Assembly (NCBI GenBank): GCA_016927995.1
Contig: JAFGLO010000003.1
Coordinates: 8,791 to 72,790 of the forward strand
Reading direction: 5' to 3'
DNA length: 64,000 nucleotides
Origin: Candidatus Dojkabacteria bacterium
Lineage (GTDB): Bacteria; Patescibacteriota; Dojkabacteria; JAFGLO01
Shown here: piece by piece, positions 38,460 to 48,845 of the stretch
Layout: each line of letters begins with the position of its first letter
Position numbering within the stretch: the first letter of the stretch is position 1
Program-made: the position numbers and the translations under genes
The notes under the pieces: generated by a model
Told to the model about the DNA's origin: nothing
Databases searched by the model: none
Seen by the model: only the letters and a program-made list of their open reading frames with translations

Positions 38460-39131
38460 ATGGCTACCATATTTATTCATTCCGACCCAGATATCACTAA
38501 AGCCCGCGTAACAAGATACTTATCAAGAAAATTAAAAATTAACAAAGAAATTTCACTTGATCAAAATACACTTCCCGATATCCATATCCTTCTAGGAACT
38601 GAGAGTATAAAAATAAACGAGATTAAAAAACTCATGGATGATCTTTCGTTTAAACCTATGCAGCTCTCCAAGCAATTTGGGATAATAATGAACGCCCATA
38701 TGATGACTCCTACAGCCCAAAATGCCCTTTTAAAAAATCTCGAAGAACACCCGGATAGTACCGAATATATACTAACAACTCAGGATATTCATTTGCTTCT
38801 TCCCACAATCATTTCACGATGCAGGGTCAAATATGTTAAAAAAGCATTCCACAAAACTGAGATTCCGGATGTCTGCAAAGAATTCAACTCTTCTCCCAAA
38901 TACAGAAAATTATTAATTGTTAAGGAGATTTCAGATCAAAAGGATTCAAACGTCGTTTTTTCATTCCTAACCGGATTATTGCGATTAAGCCAAGAAGATC
39001 TTTCAAGCAAAAAACTAAATGTAGCCACCCCAAATATAAAGCTTGTACAATTTGTCCAAAACTATATAAAGCAAAACGTAAACAAGGCGCTGGCGCTTGA
39101 TTATCTTGTTATTCACTGGAAGCGAATTTAA
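38460..39131 (+). CDS. holB: DNA polymerase III delta-prime-like subunit
   Basis: SIKINEIK, AQNALLKNLEEHP, LLPTIISRC. Confidence 0.8.
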   Translation: MATIFIHSDPDITKARVTRYLSRKLKINKEISLDQNTLPDIHILLGTESIKINEIKKLMDDLSFKPMQLSKQFGIIMNAHMMTPTAQNALLKNLEEHPDSTEYILTTQDIHLLLPTIISRCRVKYVKKAFHKTEIPDVCKEFNSSPKYRKLLIVKEISDQKDSNVVFSFLTGLLRLSQEDLSSKKLNVATPNIKLVQFVQNYIKQNVNKALALDYLVIHWKRI

Positions 39132-39586
39132 TCTGTTTTAATTTGTACTTCTATTCTACTTTCAGGAAGAATGTTTGGGACTCTATCCGCCCACTCAATT
39201 ATTACCAGTCCACCAATTTCCAAGAATTCAAACAAAGATATTGATTCCTTAAACTCTTCTTCCGTTAGTCGATATGCATCTATATGAAACACAGGTCCAT
39301 TAAAAACTTTCCCTGAAGCTATGTATTCATTCATTAAAACAAAGGTGGGACTTACAACTGGCTCCTTGACATTAAGTGTTGCCAAAAGTTTACCTGTAAG
39401 ATATGTTTTTCCTGCGCCAAGTTCACCATACAAGCAAATACATTTGCATTCGGGAATAAGCTTCAGCACTTCTGACACCAATGCATCGTAATCTTTAAAT
39501 TCTAGTGTTTTTTCTTTGTATTTAACCAAATACTCCCTACTGACACTCACTTCTCCCTCCGACGATTGGACAGCTGAAGTTTTCAA
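39128..39586 (-). CDS. tsaE: tRNA threonylcarbamoyladenosine biosynthesis ATPase TsaE (true start may be GTG near 39550)
   Basis: GELGAGKT, SPTF, HIDAYRL, IEWAD. Confidence 0.95.
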   Translation of the reverse strand: MKTSAVQSSEGEVSVSREYLVKYKEKTLEFKDYDALVSEVLKLIPECKCICLYGELGAGKTYLTGKLLATLNVKEPVVSPTFVLMNEYIASGKVFNGPVFHIDAYRLTEEEFKESISLFEFLEIGGLVIIEWADRVPNILPESRIEVQIKTD

Positions 39587-42500
39587 CGTTTATTCTCCCA
39601 AGATACTCTCGTACAATGTCAATATACTTAGGATCATATATGAAAACCTCGGCCGGATGATTTCTGTTGGCGCCTATTCCAAGACTTCGACCTAACGTTA
39701 TATTCCCCATGGAAAAGAGGGTACCCTTTAGCACAAGCTGGTTTGTATCAGCCTGTATTAATGTACTGCCCGAAACGATTATTGCTGCCTCAATATAATC
39801 ATCGGATACCGTATCACCGTTCCTATCAAGAGTAGCACTTGCACCCGGACCAATAGTTAAATTGCCCCTCACAATAAATACAATCCCGCTTGATACATTT
39901 GCGCCCCTAAGGTCCGGTGAAATTGTAAGATCACCATCTACAAAGATTACCTTTACACCTGAATATGTTCCTGATGCCACTCCTCCGCCCCACCTGAATA
40001 CTCCGTTTGATGAATTCGTAGTCAACGTAGTAGAATTAAGAACCGTCCAACTATCTCCTGCGTAACCGGTATTAAGTTCAGCCGTCTGTTTGAGTAGACT
40101 ATACCAGTCAACATTTCCTCCACTTGATGAAGTTTTGTTACGCTCGCCCGGATATCCTGTTATCACAAATGAGCTTTGGGATGTTCCTGTTGTAAGGGTG
40201 CTTGGAGTAACATTTATAGATCCGCCTGAATAAGCAAGATAACTTGATAAATACCACAACTGCCCAAAACTCGTTCCATTATTTGCAATACCTACGGTAA
40301 TATTTCCTCCGGAGTAAACATCACCCTTACTTGTAACAAACCATGGAGCATCAATTGTATAACCTAAGGTTGCTATTCGTTTGTTTCCTGCCAGATCTTG
40401 TGCAGTTACCCTAAAATTGTAAGTACCGCTACCAATTCCCGAAACAATTACGTAACAAGTACCGGACAATGTCCCTGCCGCTTGCGTACACGTTGTTGAG
40501 ACTATATTCCCAGGAGCAAACCTTGTATACGTCCCTCCATTCACCGAAAATCTCAAATTGAAAAACCCGGAGGTTGAAGTTTCTGATGCAAACGAAGCTC
40601 CTCCCGCAAGTCCACCTCCATCTTCCGCTACCTGTGAATCAGAATAGGAAATATTTATCCTAAGTCTGTCGGCATAATAACCGCCGACTCCGTTTGAAAC
40701 TGCCTCTATACTTGTAATATTTGCGCTTGGTGCAGAATTATCAACATAAAGCTCAAAGTCATTGTCTGTAGGTAAACAACCCCATGAGCTTCCATTCCAT
40801 GCACAGGCATAATGACCATTGGGTCCAATATTTGCTCTCATCAGTGACCAACTGCTACGAACACTGGTACCATTAAATTGTACTATTCCGCTTTTATCTG
40901 ATGCATGTTGGAAAAGATATAACTTCCCGGATAAACTGCTACTTACGGGTCTATATGTATAATTTACCGTAACAACGCCGGATGCCTTGGTTACTGACTG
41001 AGTGCGCACTTCCGTGTTACCAACGGTGCAGGAACCGGAAGTAGCCGTATCGGTACCCGAACTTGTTAACGAACATAAGCTTGTGCTACCGGCCAAGTTG
41101 GTTGTCCAGTAAGATTGACTACTAAAATCAGGGGAAATTGACCATGGATATCTTCGCCAATCGTTATCACAACCATTTCCGGTGTTTTTAGGTTGGCAGA
41201 AACTATATGCGTAATTCCAACCGCAATTTGCCGTTGCATTACACGAACTAGCATTGGTTACTGTTCTACAAGATATTGTACCATTGTATGAATTATCACA
41301 ATTTTTATTTATCATTTCGGACAGTCCACAAGAGCAAAGGCTTCCCGTACCAATATATTGAATACCTCTCATTACCCAGTTACCTGTACCACCTGCCCTT
41401 ATGTTATCGGCTCTAAGCATAAATGCTGCGGCCAGACCCGCCCTATTTGTCTCGGGAGCATTGTTACTACTTTGAAGCCAGTAAGCAAGATTTGTAACTG
41501 AATCAATTGAGAATGTATGCCCAATGGTTGATCGAATATTAATTTGTTTTAAGTTTGCATTATTACCGACATAAAGTTGACATTTGTTTCTAACCGCATT
41601 CCAAGCACAGGCTGACTTGGCCTGACATGTTGCACTTGTTTTATATGAATTACAGTTATCGTAATAAGTTGCAGCATCGGTACTTACCTGCACGGTATTG
41701 ATTGTTGGATAAGCATTTACAAACCTATAAAAGAAATTTTTAAAATCACCTCCCCAAGCAGTTACATTACACCTTCTCATATCACCTGTTGCTATTTGGA
41801 CAATGTTAACTCTACCTATTGTTGATGGATTGGTCCGTTCCAAAAGATAATTCTGAATATCAGGAGTGTAATTTCTTTGAGAATTTTCCATACTGTAAGT
41901 TGCGTTACAGTTGCTTGGACTATCCTGGCACGTATTTGTTATCTTTTGATTGGCGTCGTTGTTACATTTCCAACCACCTCCCTCGGGACAGTAATCATAG
42001 ATCCAGGTATTTCTTGTGTTGTACATTGCCTGAACAGCTTGTGCATTAGGCCACGTAGCCGATGTTTTAATATATACGTTTAGAGCAAAGTCATACTGAA
42101 TCCACTTACCAACCCCAGTTATTCTGTCTGACATAATATAAACGGGCGTTCCGGCAGGTGGAAGCTGAATGGTTGTAGGTTGGTTAGGATTTGTAGAAAG
42201 TGATTTACATGTTTCAGTGCTTATACTTCCAATACATAGGTAACCAAAGGTTGTTTGCATCGGCGGACCAGATACAGTTTCAATACAGCCTGGCGGAGTC
42301 GGTGATGGCGGAATAACCGGTGTTGTTCCACAGGTATATATATTTCCACAGGCACAAGTAAATGAACAATTTGCCCCTGCAGGACACGCACTTCCAACAC
42401 AGTGAACTCCCGCACAGCCACAAGTAGTACTGCATGTGCCTTGCCTGCAAAATCGACCATCGGAACAATACTCACCAGCGCCAAAGTTCTGACAACAACA

Positions 42501-42683
42501 GCTAACGCTAGGTCCACAATTATTCACAACGGGAGTTGGACTAACAGTACAAGCGGTTATTGTACAATCAGCCCATACCTTAAACCTTCCAAACAAAAAT
42601 ATTCCCCCACCGAACAAAAATACTCCAAGAACCAATTGAACTGTAAACCATAGGGGTTTTGACCTTTTAACTGCAGCTAGCAT
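39537..42683 (-). CDS. Large Cys-rich secreted protein, candidate pilus-associated adhesin
   Basis: N-terminal TM/signal, many Cys, Ig-like segment, beta-rich C-terminus (VIFVDGDLTI, FIVRGNLTI, YDPKY); distal end of the pilus operon. Confidence 0.6.
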   Translation of the reverse strand: MLAAVKRSKPLWFTVQLVLGVFLFGGGIFLFGRFKVWADCTITACTVSPTPVVNNCGPSVSCCCQNFGAGEYCSDGRFCRQGTCSTTCGCAGVHCVGSACPAGANCSFTCACGNIYTCGTTPVIPPSPTPPGCIETVSGPPMQTTFGYLCIGSISTETCKSLSTNPNQPTTIQLPPAGTPVYIMSDRITGVGKWIQYDFALNVYIKTSATWPNAQAVQAMYNTRNTWIYDYCPEGGGWKCNNDANQKITNTCQDSPSNCNATYSMENSQRNYTPDIQNYLLERTNPSTIGRVNIVQIATGDMRRCNVTAWGGDFKNFFYRFVNAYPTINTVQVSTDAATYYDNCNSYKTSATCQAKSACAWNAVRNKCQLYVGNNANLKQINIRSTIGHTFSIDSVTNLAYWLQSSNNAPETNRAGLAAAFMLRADNIRAGGTGNWVMRGIQYIGTGSLCSCGLSEMINKNCDNSYNGTISCRTVTNASSCNATANCGWNYAYSFCQPKNTGNGCDNDWRRYPWSISPDFSSQSYWTTNLAGSTSLCSLTSSGTDTATSGSCTVGNTEVRTQSVTKASGVVTVNYTYRPVSSSLSGKLYLFQHASDKSGIVQFNGTSVRSSWSLMRANIGPNGHYACAWNGSSWGCLPTDNDFELYVDNSAPSANITSIEAVSNGVGGYYADRLRINISYSDSQVAEDGGGLAGGASFASETSTSGFFNLRFSVNGGTYTRFAPGNIVSTTCTQAAGTLSGTCYVIVSGIGSGTYNFRVTAQDLAGNKRIATLGYTIDAPWFVTSKGDVYSGGNITVGIANNGTSFGQLWYLSSYLAYSGGSINVTPSTLTTGTSQSSFVITGYPGERNKTSSSGGNVDWYSLLKQTAELNTGYAGDSWTVLNSTTLTTNSSNGVFRWGGGVASGTYSGVKVIFVDGDLTISPDLRGANVSSGIVFIVRGNLTIGPGASATLDRNGDTVSDDYIEAAIIVSGSTLIQADTNQLVLKGTLFSMGNITLGRSLGIGANRNHPAEVFIYDPKYIDIVREYLGRINVENFSCPIVGGRSECQ

Positions 42684-42686
42684 TGA

Positions 42687-44222
42687 TTAGTTCATAAAGT
42701 TAGGTTGTTCTGTTGTAGTTTCCCGGCTTATTGCCTTAGACAAAAGATATGCCCACCAACCTGTAGAGGAAACTTCATACAACTGCTCTATATTACTAGC
42801 CCCGGGGTTTGAGTATCTGGTTCCCTTTATTGCACCATATCCCTGGGATAATGTATCAAGTTCTATCATTCCAGAAGAAATTACATATCCATACAAAATA
42901 TCGAGCTGATCTTGATATGAAGCTCTGTTATCTGGATCGCTAATATATAGTGTCTCAAAGGCGTCAATACAAGGCAGAATATTCATTGGGTCATTTGTTA
43001 TGCTTTGATTTTCGGCAAAAGTCCTCTCGCCATAAATTTTTTTAATATCACCTCTTGTAACAATATAATCTACATATCCTAAAAATTTTCTATCACCTGT
43101 TGCATCGTAAAGTCTGGCCCCTGCCTGAATCGCATAACAACTTGATGTTTTAAAATCAATATCATCCGTGAGTGAAGGTTCGATATCGTTTTCATAATAG
43201 AGAAACAGGTGGACTTGGTTAAGTAATGAGATCGCACCAAATAAATAACCCCTGTCTTGCGTCATTTTATATGCATTACTTAGCTCAATAGACCCTACGG
43301 CTGCCATATTAGTTGAATTCTCAATGCCTGTACCAGTCATTTCATTCCCAAAATTAACCGGCAAAGTAGAAACGTATTCGGTAAAATACATGAAATCAAA
43401 TGCACTATTATAACCTGGGTCTGTATAATAGCTTTCATCGTATCTTTCACGAACAACAGCTATATAATCATCGGCGTATTCGGCTTTGCTGGCATCCGAC
43501 GAAAGTACAATGTCGCCGTATTGGAAAAGCCTGGATTCAAAATACCCGACAGGAATTGATTCATCTGTTAAGTCATCAAGATAAGTTGAATAATCTGCTA
43601 CTTCACTATCAAGCATGTCATTTCCGAAAAAGGCATAATTAACCCAGTTATATGGCTTATAGTCTTCGGAACCTAACTCGCAGTTGCCTGTAAAGGTTTT
43701 GCATGTAAGCCAAAATGGGTATTTTCCATCCGATGTTTCATCTACCTTTTCCAAAAAAGAAACGGCAGCTTCCTGCAAAAATTCATGGTCGGTAATGCCT
43801 TGATAATCTCCGCACGAGGTTACGTCGACCTTTCTAAAAAGCCTTAAACCTAAAAGATTTAAATAATCGAGTTTTAAAATTACGCAGCCCTGACCGGCAG
43901 TTAAGTTAGTATTTTTTGGCAGAAACACATCGGTCAGTGTTGACGTATTTAAAAGCGACTCTGTAATAGAAAAGGAATACTTTGAGTAAAAAAGACTGTC
44001 AGTTTTAGAGACAACTTCCCCTTTTAGAAAAATAGTCTCGGATGTTCCATTAGATACTACCGAAGCCATTTGACCTTCAAAGTTAACAGTTTTAAAAGGT
44101 TGCCCAAATACAATCCTTTGAGTCAACACGTTATACAAAAAGAATGACCCAACAAGTATAACTAATACAAGTCCGGTTATCCATACATATTTTGGGACTT
44201 TTTTCTTTATATTTATAGCCAT
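42687..44222 (-). CDS. Membrane-anchored protein with alpha/alpha-barrel (six-hairpin glycosidase-like) repeats
   Basis: N-terminal TM; AYKMTQDRGYL and LYDATGDRKFL helical-hairpin motifs; acidic. Confidence 0.5.
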   Translation of the reverse strand: MAINIKKKVPKYVWITGLVLVILVGSFFLYNVLTQRIVFGQPFKTVNFEGQMASVVSNGTSETIFLKGEVVSKTDSLFYSKYSFSITESLLNTSTLTDVFLPKNTNLTAGQGCVILKLDYLNLLGLRLFRKVDVTSCGDYQGITDHEFLQEAAVSFLEKVDETSDGKYPFWLTCKTFTGNCELGSEDYKPYNWVNYAFFGNDMLDSEVADYSTYLDDLTDESIPVGYFESRLFQYGDIVLSSDASKAEYADDYIAVVRERYDESYYTDPGYNSAFDFMYFTEYVSTLPVNFGNEMTGTGIENSTNMAAVGSIELSNAYKMTQDRGYLFGAISLLNQVHLFLYYENDIEPSLTDDIDFKTSSCYAIQAGARLYDATGDRKFLGYVDYIVTRGDIKKIYGERTFAENQSITNDPMNILPCIDAFETLYISDPDNRASYQDQLDILYGYVISSGMIELDTLSQGYGAIKGTRYSNPGASNIEQLYEVSSTGWWAYLLSKAISRETTTEQPNFMN

Positions 44223-44223
44223 T

Positions 44224-44607
44224 TTATTCTTCTTCCAAAACACGCTTAACTTCTTTCACGATCCCTTCCATGTCCATTTCGGTCTTAATTACATAACCGT
44301 CGGCGCCTAGCTCAAAACACTCTTTTATTGTACGCTCGCTAGCAAGATTTGTAAGAACCAAAACTTTTGGATCGCCATAAACCTTTGGTTCTTTTCGCAT
44401 TACGGAAAGAACTTCGGTTCCGCTAATTCCGGGCATCATAAGATCAAGAAGAACAAGGTCAATTTCGTCTTTGTTTTCCTTCATAATGTCAAATGCCAGA
44501 TTTCCGTTAATTGCGGTTAACACGTTGAAATCGGCAAGTTCAAGCATCTGTTTATATTGCTCCAAGATTACGGATTCATCATCGACTATTAAAATTGTGT
44601 GCTTCAC
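44224..44607 (-). CDS. Single-domain response regulator (CheY-like)
   Basis: ILIVDDE, LLDLMMP, LTN, GADGYVIK. Confidence 0.92.
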   Translation of the reverse strand: MKHTILIVDDESVILEQYKQMLELADFNVLTAINGNLAFDIMKENKDEIDLVLLDLMMPGISGTEVLSVMRKEPKVYGDPKVLVLTNLASERTIKECFELGADGYVIKTEMDMEGIVKEVKRVLEEE

Positions 44608-44651
44608 AATATTGCTCGAAACAATTTATATAATTCATAGTAGCAAAAGCC

Positions 44652-45587
44652 CTAGTTTTTGTCCAACTCACCTTCACCATTGTATAAAACGAAATCGAAT
44701 ATCGTAGCAACACCGTCATTTGCGTGGTCAGTTCGGTTTAAAATTGTATTTATACCACTACAACTTACATCGGCAACATAAATATACCTTTGCGTTGGAA
44801 GTTGTGCACCCACACCGGTTACAGAAACTGTGACATTACCATATAATGGCCGAATTCTTACGTAAAGGGGTTCAAATCCTGCCGTTGCAGTTTGCTTTAA
44901 ACCCCGAAGACTGCCTTTAACTGCAGTTTCCAAAGAATACCACAGTGGTTCCGTGGGCTCATAGGTTCCCGGGTTTCTAATAATAACCGGATCTTTAGGA
45001 TTTGTGATAGGATCTGTTGGGGTTTCAGTTCCCGGGATTGTCACTGTTTCATTCCCCGCAGCAGTTTCCGAACCAACAAGTTTGTAATTTATTTGCTTTG
45101 TAGTTCCGGGAATTACACTTTCTTTCAAAACCTCATACACTCCGGTTGAGGGGTTCTTTCCAATTGTCTTTACCACCAAAACAACGTTTGTTGATGTATC
45201 GCTACTTAGGGTAATTTGAATAGTTGAAGACTGAAGTAAACCATGAACATCAACCTCCAGAACGGAATCCTTAGCAACCGACTCATTCTCAATATAGTTT
45301 CGAGGAGTATAATCGACGGTTCCGGTACAACCTGCCGGAAGATCTGACCCATAAAGTGACGAAAGCGACATCTCACAGGTGCCGGCACAAGCATTTTCAT
45401 CGTTTATTAAGGAATACATCCTGTCTAAGGCTCCGCTTGCAACTGATGTTGCCGTCTCGGAAAGCCTGAGCTCGGTAACCTCACGCATATTTGTTAAAAC
45501 GCGAGAGGAAACGGCAATAATAATTAATGCCGCAATTGATATTGCAACTATAAGTAGCATAAGTGCAGCAGCTTTGTTCTTTTTCAT
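44652..45587 (-). CDS. PilX-like minor pilin
   Basis: Class III-like signal KKNKA|AALMLLI lacking Glu5; last of the minor pilin set. Confidence 0.65.
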   Translation of the reverse strand: MKKNKAAALMLLIVAISIAALIIIAVSSRVLTNMREVTELRLSETATSVASGALDRMYSLINDENACAGTCEMSLSSLYGSDLPAGCTGTVDYTPRNYIENESVAKDSVLEVDVHGLLQSSTIQITLSSDTSTNVVLVVKTIGKNPSTGVYEVLKESVIPGTTKQINYKLVGSETAAGNETVTIPGTETPTDPITNPKDPVIIRNPGTYEPTEPLWYSLETAVKGSLRGLKQTATAGFEPLYVRIRPLYGNVTVSVTGVGAQLPTQRYIYVADVSCSGINTILNRTDHANDGVATIFDFVLYNGEGELDKN

Positions 45588-45602
45588 TTTTAGAGATTTT
45601 AA

Positions 45603-46151
45603 TTAATTATTGTATCCAACTTGAAAAGTCTCTGTATTTATCTCGGCTTGTCTTACCACTTTAACCTCCCCGGAAAATGGTCCATAAGTGGGAGAAGCCT
45701 CAATAGTTACAATTACAATATCATTTCCAAATTCTATACTTGCACATTCAAAGGTAAGACTACTAACATTCGTTTCTTTTCCAACAATATACACATCATT
45801 TGCAGAAATTGAAGGATTATTGGTCCGGATAATTGAACCAACATTGTCGTTTTGTCCATACTTAAAAACAACACTATCCTGCCCGCCAACCAAACCTAGG
45901 TACAATCCATCATCTTTACACATCTCGCTAAGTGCTGAATCGGCACTTTGAATATTGGATCTTATAACGGTAATTGCAAAATCAAGCTCTCCAACAACTT
46001 GAGTTTTCGCATTTATAAGATAGTTTACCCGAAGTGCTGATACAAGAAGGTTTGTAAGCGCAAGCATTATAATTCCAAGGGTTAAAATAGCAATTATTAG
46101 TTCGATCAAGGAAAATGCTTTTGTTTTTTTTCTGTTAATATTTTGATACAA
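45603..46151 (-). CDS. Minor pilin (PilW-like)
   Basis: KA|FSLIELII. Confidence 0.85.
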   Translation of the reverse strand: MYQNINRKKTKAFSLIELIIAILTLGIIMLALTNLLVSALRVNYLINAKTQVVGELDFAITVIRSNIQSADSALSEMCKDDGLYLGLVGGQDSVVFKYGQNDNVGSIIRTNNPSISANDVYIVGKETNVSSLTFECASIEFGNDIVIVTIEASPTYGPFSGEVKVVRQAEINTETFQVGYNN

Positions 46152-46716
46152 CGGTCGTTAATTTCACAAATGATTTAACTCCATAGACTTGATTACCCCC
46201 AATAATGACGGTAACAAGCTTAGGTCGTAAGGCTGCAGGAACACTTGCCCCCCCGGGTAGTGTTTTTACGGTAACAAGTACATTAAACAGCATATTTTCG
46301 GGGACACGTCTATGTGCAGGACCTACTTTTATACACACATTAGGATTTGAGTTACAAAAATTTTGCAATGCGGTAACCGTTTTAATGGTTCCCGGATCAA
46401 GAGGTGTAGAAGTTGTACCAAACCGCCAGATTCCGTTATTGTTTTCAAGATTATAGGCAACAGACCCGGTTGGGTTCGGAATGCTTGACCAATTTCCAAC
46501 CTTTAAAGATCTTATTCCACCTAGAATTTCCAAGGCCTGGTTTCCGGCCAATGTATCAAATTCTATCTCGGTTGCACGTCTATCTAGGCTAAGCATTAAT
46601 TCCATAAAGGCAAAGGCACCAATTCCAAGAATTGCCAAAGCTATTAATATTTCAACCAACGTAAACGCACCGGATTTTATATTCGGCAAGATTTTTTTAT
46701 TATTCTTTTTGTTCAT
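46135..46716 (-). CDS. Minor pilin (PilV-like)
   Basis: GA|FTLVEILI. Confidence 0.85.
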   Translation of the reverse strand: MNKKNNKKILPNIKSGAFTLVEILIALAILGIGAFAFMELMLSLDRRATEIEFDTLAGNQALEILGGIRSLKVGNWSSIPNPTGSVAYNLENNNGIWRFGTTSTPLDPGTIKTVTALQNFCNSNPNVCIKVGPAHRRVPENMLFNVLVTVKTLPGGASVPAALRPKLVTVIIGGNQVYGVKSFVKLTTVVSKY

Positions 46717-46726
46717 ATGATAAGCT

Positions 46727-47389
46727 TTATTTTTTTATCTCCTCTTCTTTGGTTTTAGTAGTTCTTACAAATTCGATACTGGCACCGCTGGTTATTTTGA
46801 TTATTCGTGTACTTTTCCCGGCACCAAATGTAACCAACAATGAGTCAATCTTTGAATCAAAAATAGCACCTGTTTTACTTACAAAATATACCCTACCTGT
46901 AACGCTCTCAAAAATTATGTATTTTACATCGGTATTTAAAGCAATTCCCTTTAACCCGGAACCCGCAGACAAATCCTTTTTACCCGGCAAATATACAATC
47001 CCTTCATTTACACCGGTGCAAGATGTACCTCCAAGATCCCTCCAGTCAAAAAGATTAAACAGGGTGGAAGATAGCGGTGTATATCCGCCTGAATTTGAGC
47101 ACATTTTAAAAAGACTATAGGTATTCTTTGTACTTATCATTGAAAGATCAACCCCTATTCCGTACACCCAATTTTCCCCGGCACCTCTCTTTGTGACCAA
47201 TGCACTATGTTTTGCATTTTCAAGATTATCCTTAAAGTTTAGTGCGGCCTGATCTACAAGCTGAACTCTGCGTATAGCCAAAAACCCCACACTCCCACCA
47301 GCAATTACAATCAAGGCAATAGACATAACTATCAATACCTCCAACAGAGTAAGCGCACGTTTGGGATTAGAGATTTTTTCCATATTCAA
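46727..47389 (-). CDS. Minor pilin (FimT/FimU-like)
   Basis: RA|LTLLEVLIV; IIFESVTG. Confidence 0.8.
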   Translation of the reverse strand: MNMEKISNPKRALTLLEVLIVMSIALIVIAGGSVGFLAIRRVQLVDQAALNFKDNLENAKHSALVTKRGAGENWVYGIGVDLSMISTKNTYSLFKMCSNSGGYTPLSSTLFNLFDWRDLGGTSCTGVNEGIVYLPGKKDLSAGSGLKGIALNTDVKYIIFESVTGRVYFVSKTGAIFDSKIDSLLVTFGAGKSTRIIKITSGASIEFVRTTKTKEEEIKK

Positions 47390-47396
47390 CTATACT

Positions 47397-48281
47397 TTAG
47401 CTTTGCAAACTCGTCAACCACAATAAATCCGAAATCACTGACGCTACATATTCGTCAAATCGAAGAAAGTAACAAAGAACTATACCTCCTATTAATATGG
47501 GCAAATATGGAATATACATTCCTCGCCAATTTTTATGTTTTACAATAATAATGATAAGAACCACCAACCCACCCAAGAGACTTGCCATCCAAAGACTACC
47601 CAACACAAAATTTAACGGAAACCATAAAAACATAAGTGCAATAAATCGCCCGTCGCCAAAACCCATAAGCTCCTTTTTTAGATATTTATACATTAGGTAG
47701 AATCCGAGAAGAACAAAAACTGCAATCCCTATATCCCAAAGAACTATTAGATTTTTCTCAAAAATTACAAAATATAACGAATAGATAAATCCGCCCACAG
47801 TTAAAAGGTTGGTTAATCCTTCGTTAATCTCTTCATGAATAAGGTCGTACATAAAATAGTAAAAGAGGACACTTGCAAGAATTATCAAAAAAAACACCGA
47901 CACCGCTGAACGAAACAATTCCAAGTTCGTTTCAACAATAATCAATGATGGGTTAAACGTATAATAAAAAGCGGCATATACAATGTATACAAAAGCAAAC
48001 CCCAAAAAGGCCTCAACTAACGGATAATACATTGGTACTTTATATCCGCACTTTGAGCATTTGCCGCCTATTATTAGATACCCAAACACAGGAATTAGTT
48101 CAATTACTGAAAGTCTTTTTCCACATTTTTCACAAACGGAGAATCCTTTAAGCGGTTTTTTTTGGGGCTTTCTGTATACAAGATTTGTTAAGAAACTTGC
48201 AACCGAAGCCCCGATTAACCAAACCCAAATCAGTAAGAACAGCTTAATAGCAAGAATACTCCAAACACTAATTACCTCCAC
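47397..48281 (-). CDS. pilD: Prepilin peptidase/N-methyltransferase
   Basis: SFL...R, CEKC...ELIPV...CSKC, YPLVE, MGFGD, IPYLP. Confidence 0.92.
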   Translation of the reverse strand: MEVISVWSILAIKLFLLIWVWLIGASVASFLTNLVYRKPQKKPLKGFSVCEKCGKRLSVIELIPVFGYLIIGGKCSKCGYKVPMYYPLVEAFLGFAFVYIVYAAFYYTFNPSLIIVETNLELFRSAVSVFFLIILASVLFYYFMYDLIHEEINEGLTNLLTVGGFIYSLYFVIFEKNLIVLWDIGIAVFVLLGFYLMYKYLKKELMGFGDGRFIALMFLWFPLNFVLGSLWMASLLGGLVVLIIIIVKHKNWRGMYIPYLPILIGGIVLCYFLRFDEYVASVISDLLWLTSLQS

Positions 48282-48288
48282 GGTTCAA

Positions 48289-48759
48289 TTACTGTGTCTT
48301 TGATGCAAGACAAGCCGTAGTTAATAATGAACTGTTGCCGTTACCTTGACAGTAACATTGATCTAGTGAGGTACATTTACCATCGGAAGGTGCTTTAAGT
48401 TCAAGACACGTACAAATTGCATAGTAATGCTGTACTGAATCGGTTGCATATGAATAACAGTTATTCATTGCATCACCTTTACAGGGAGTTCCGTCGAAAA
48501 CCCCTTCCATAAACGATGTAAGTGCGCCCGAGCTACCTATCATTACAGTCATGTCTGCGTCGACAGGATATTTTATATTGTCGTTATAATACGCTTGCAT
48601 TAGTCCGGCAAGGTTATCAACGTTTTTCTTTCTTCTTGAGTCACGGGCAAGTTTCATTCCGTAACCTGCTGCAAGTGTAACACCCATTGTAAGAATTCCT
48701 ATGATAACAAGAACTATCATAAGTTCTAAAAAGGTGAAAGCTTTTGTTGCTTTTTTCAT
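48289..48759 (-). CDS. Type IV pilin (probable major pilin)
   Basis: KA|FTFLELMIVLVIIGIL, ARDSRR, Cys-rich C-terminus. Confidence 0.85.
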   Translation of the reverse strand: MKKATKAFTFLELMIVLVIIGILTMGVTLAAGYGMKLARDSRRKKNVDNLAGLMQAYYNDNIKYPVDADMTVMIGSSGALTSFMEGVFDGTPCKGDAMNNCYSYATDSVQHYYAICTCLELKAPSDGKCTSLDQCYCQGNGNSSLLTTACLASKTQ

Positions 48760-48845
48760 GTCACATAATAAAAATTTATATAAAGTTTTCACTTAATCTA
48801 ATGTATAGTAAGAACTTTGAGTTGTCAAATCAGGCTACAAAATGA

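Noticed and set aside
25060-39131. Shortened tig, recO and holB as pseudogenes or novelties
   Set aside because: Reading frames are intact; domain-trimmed versions are expected in reduced CPR-type genomes
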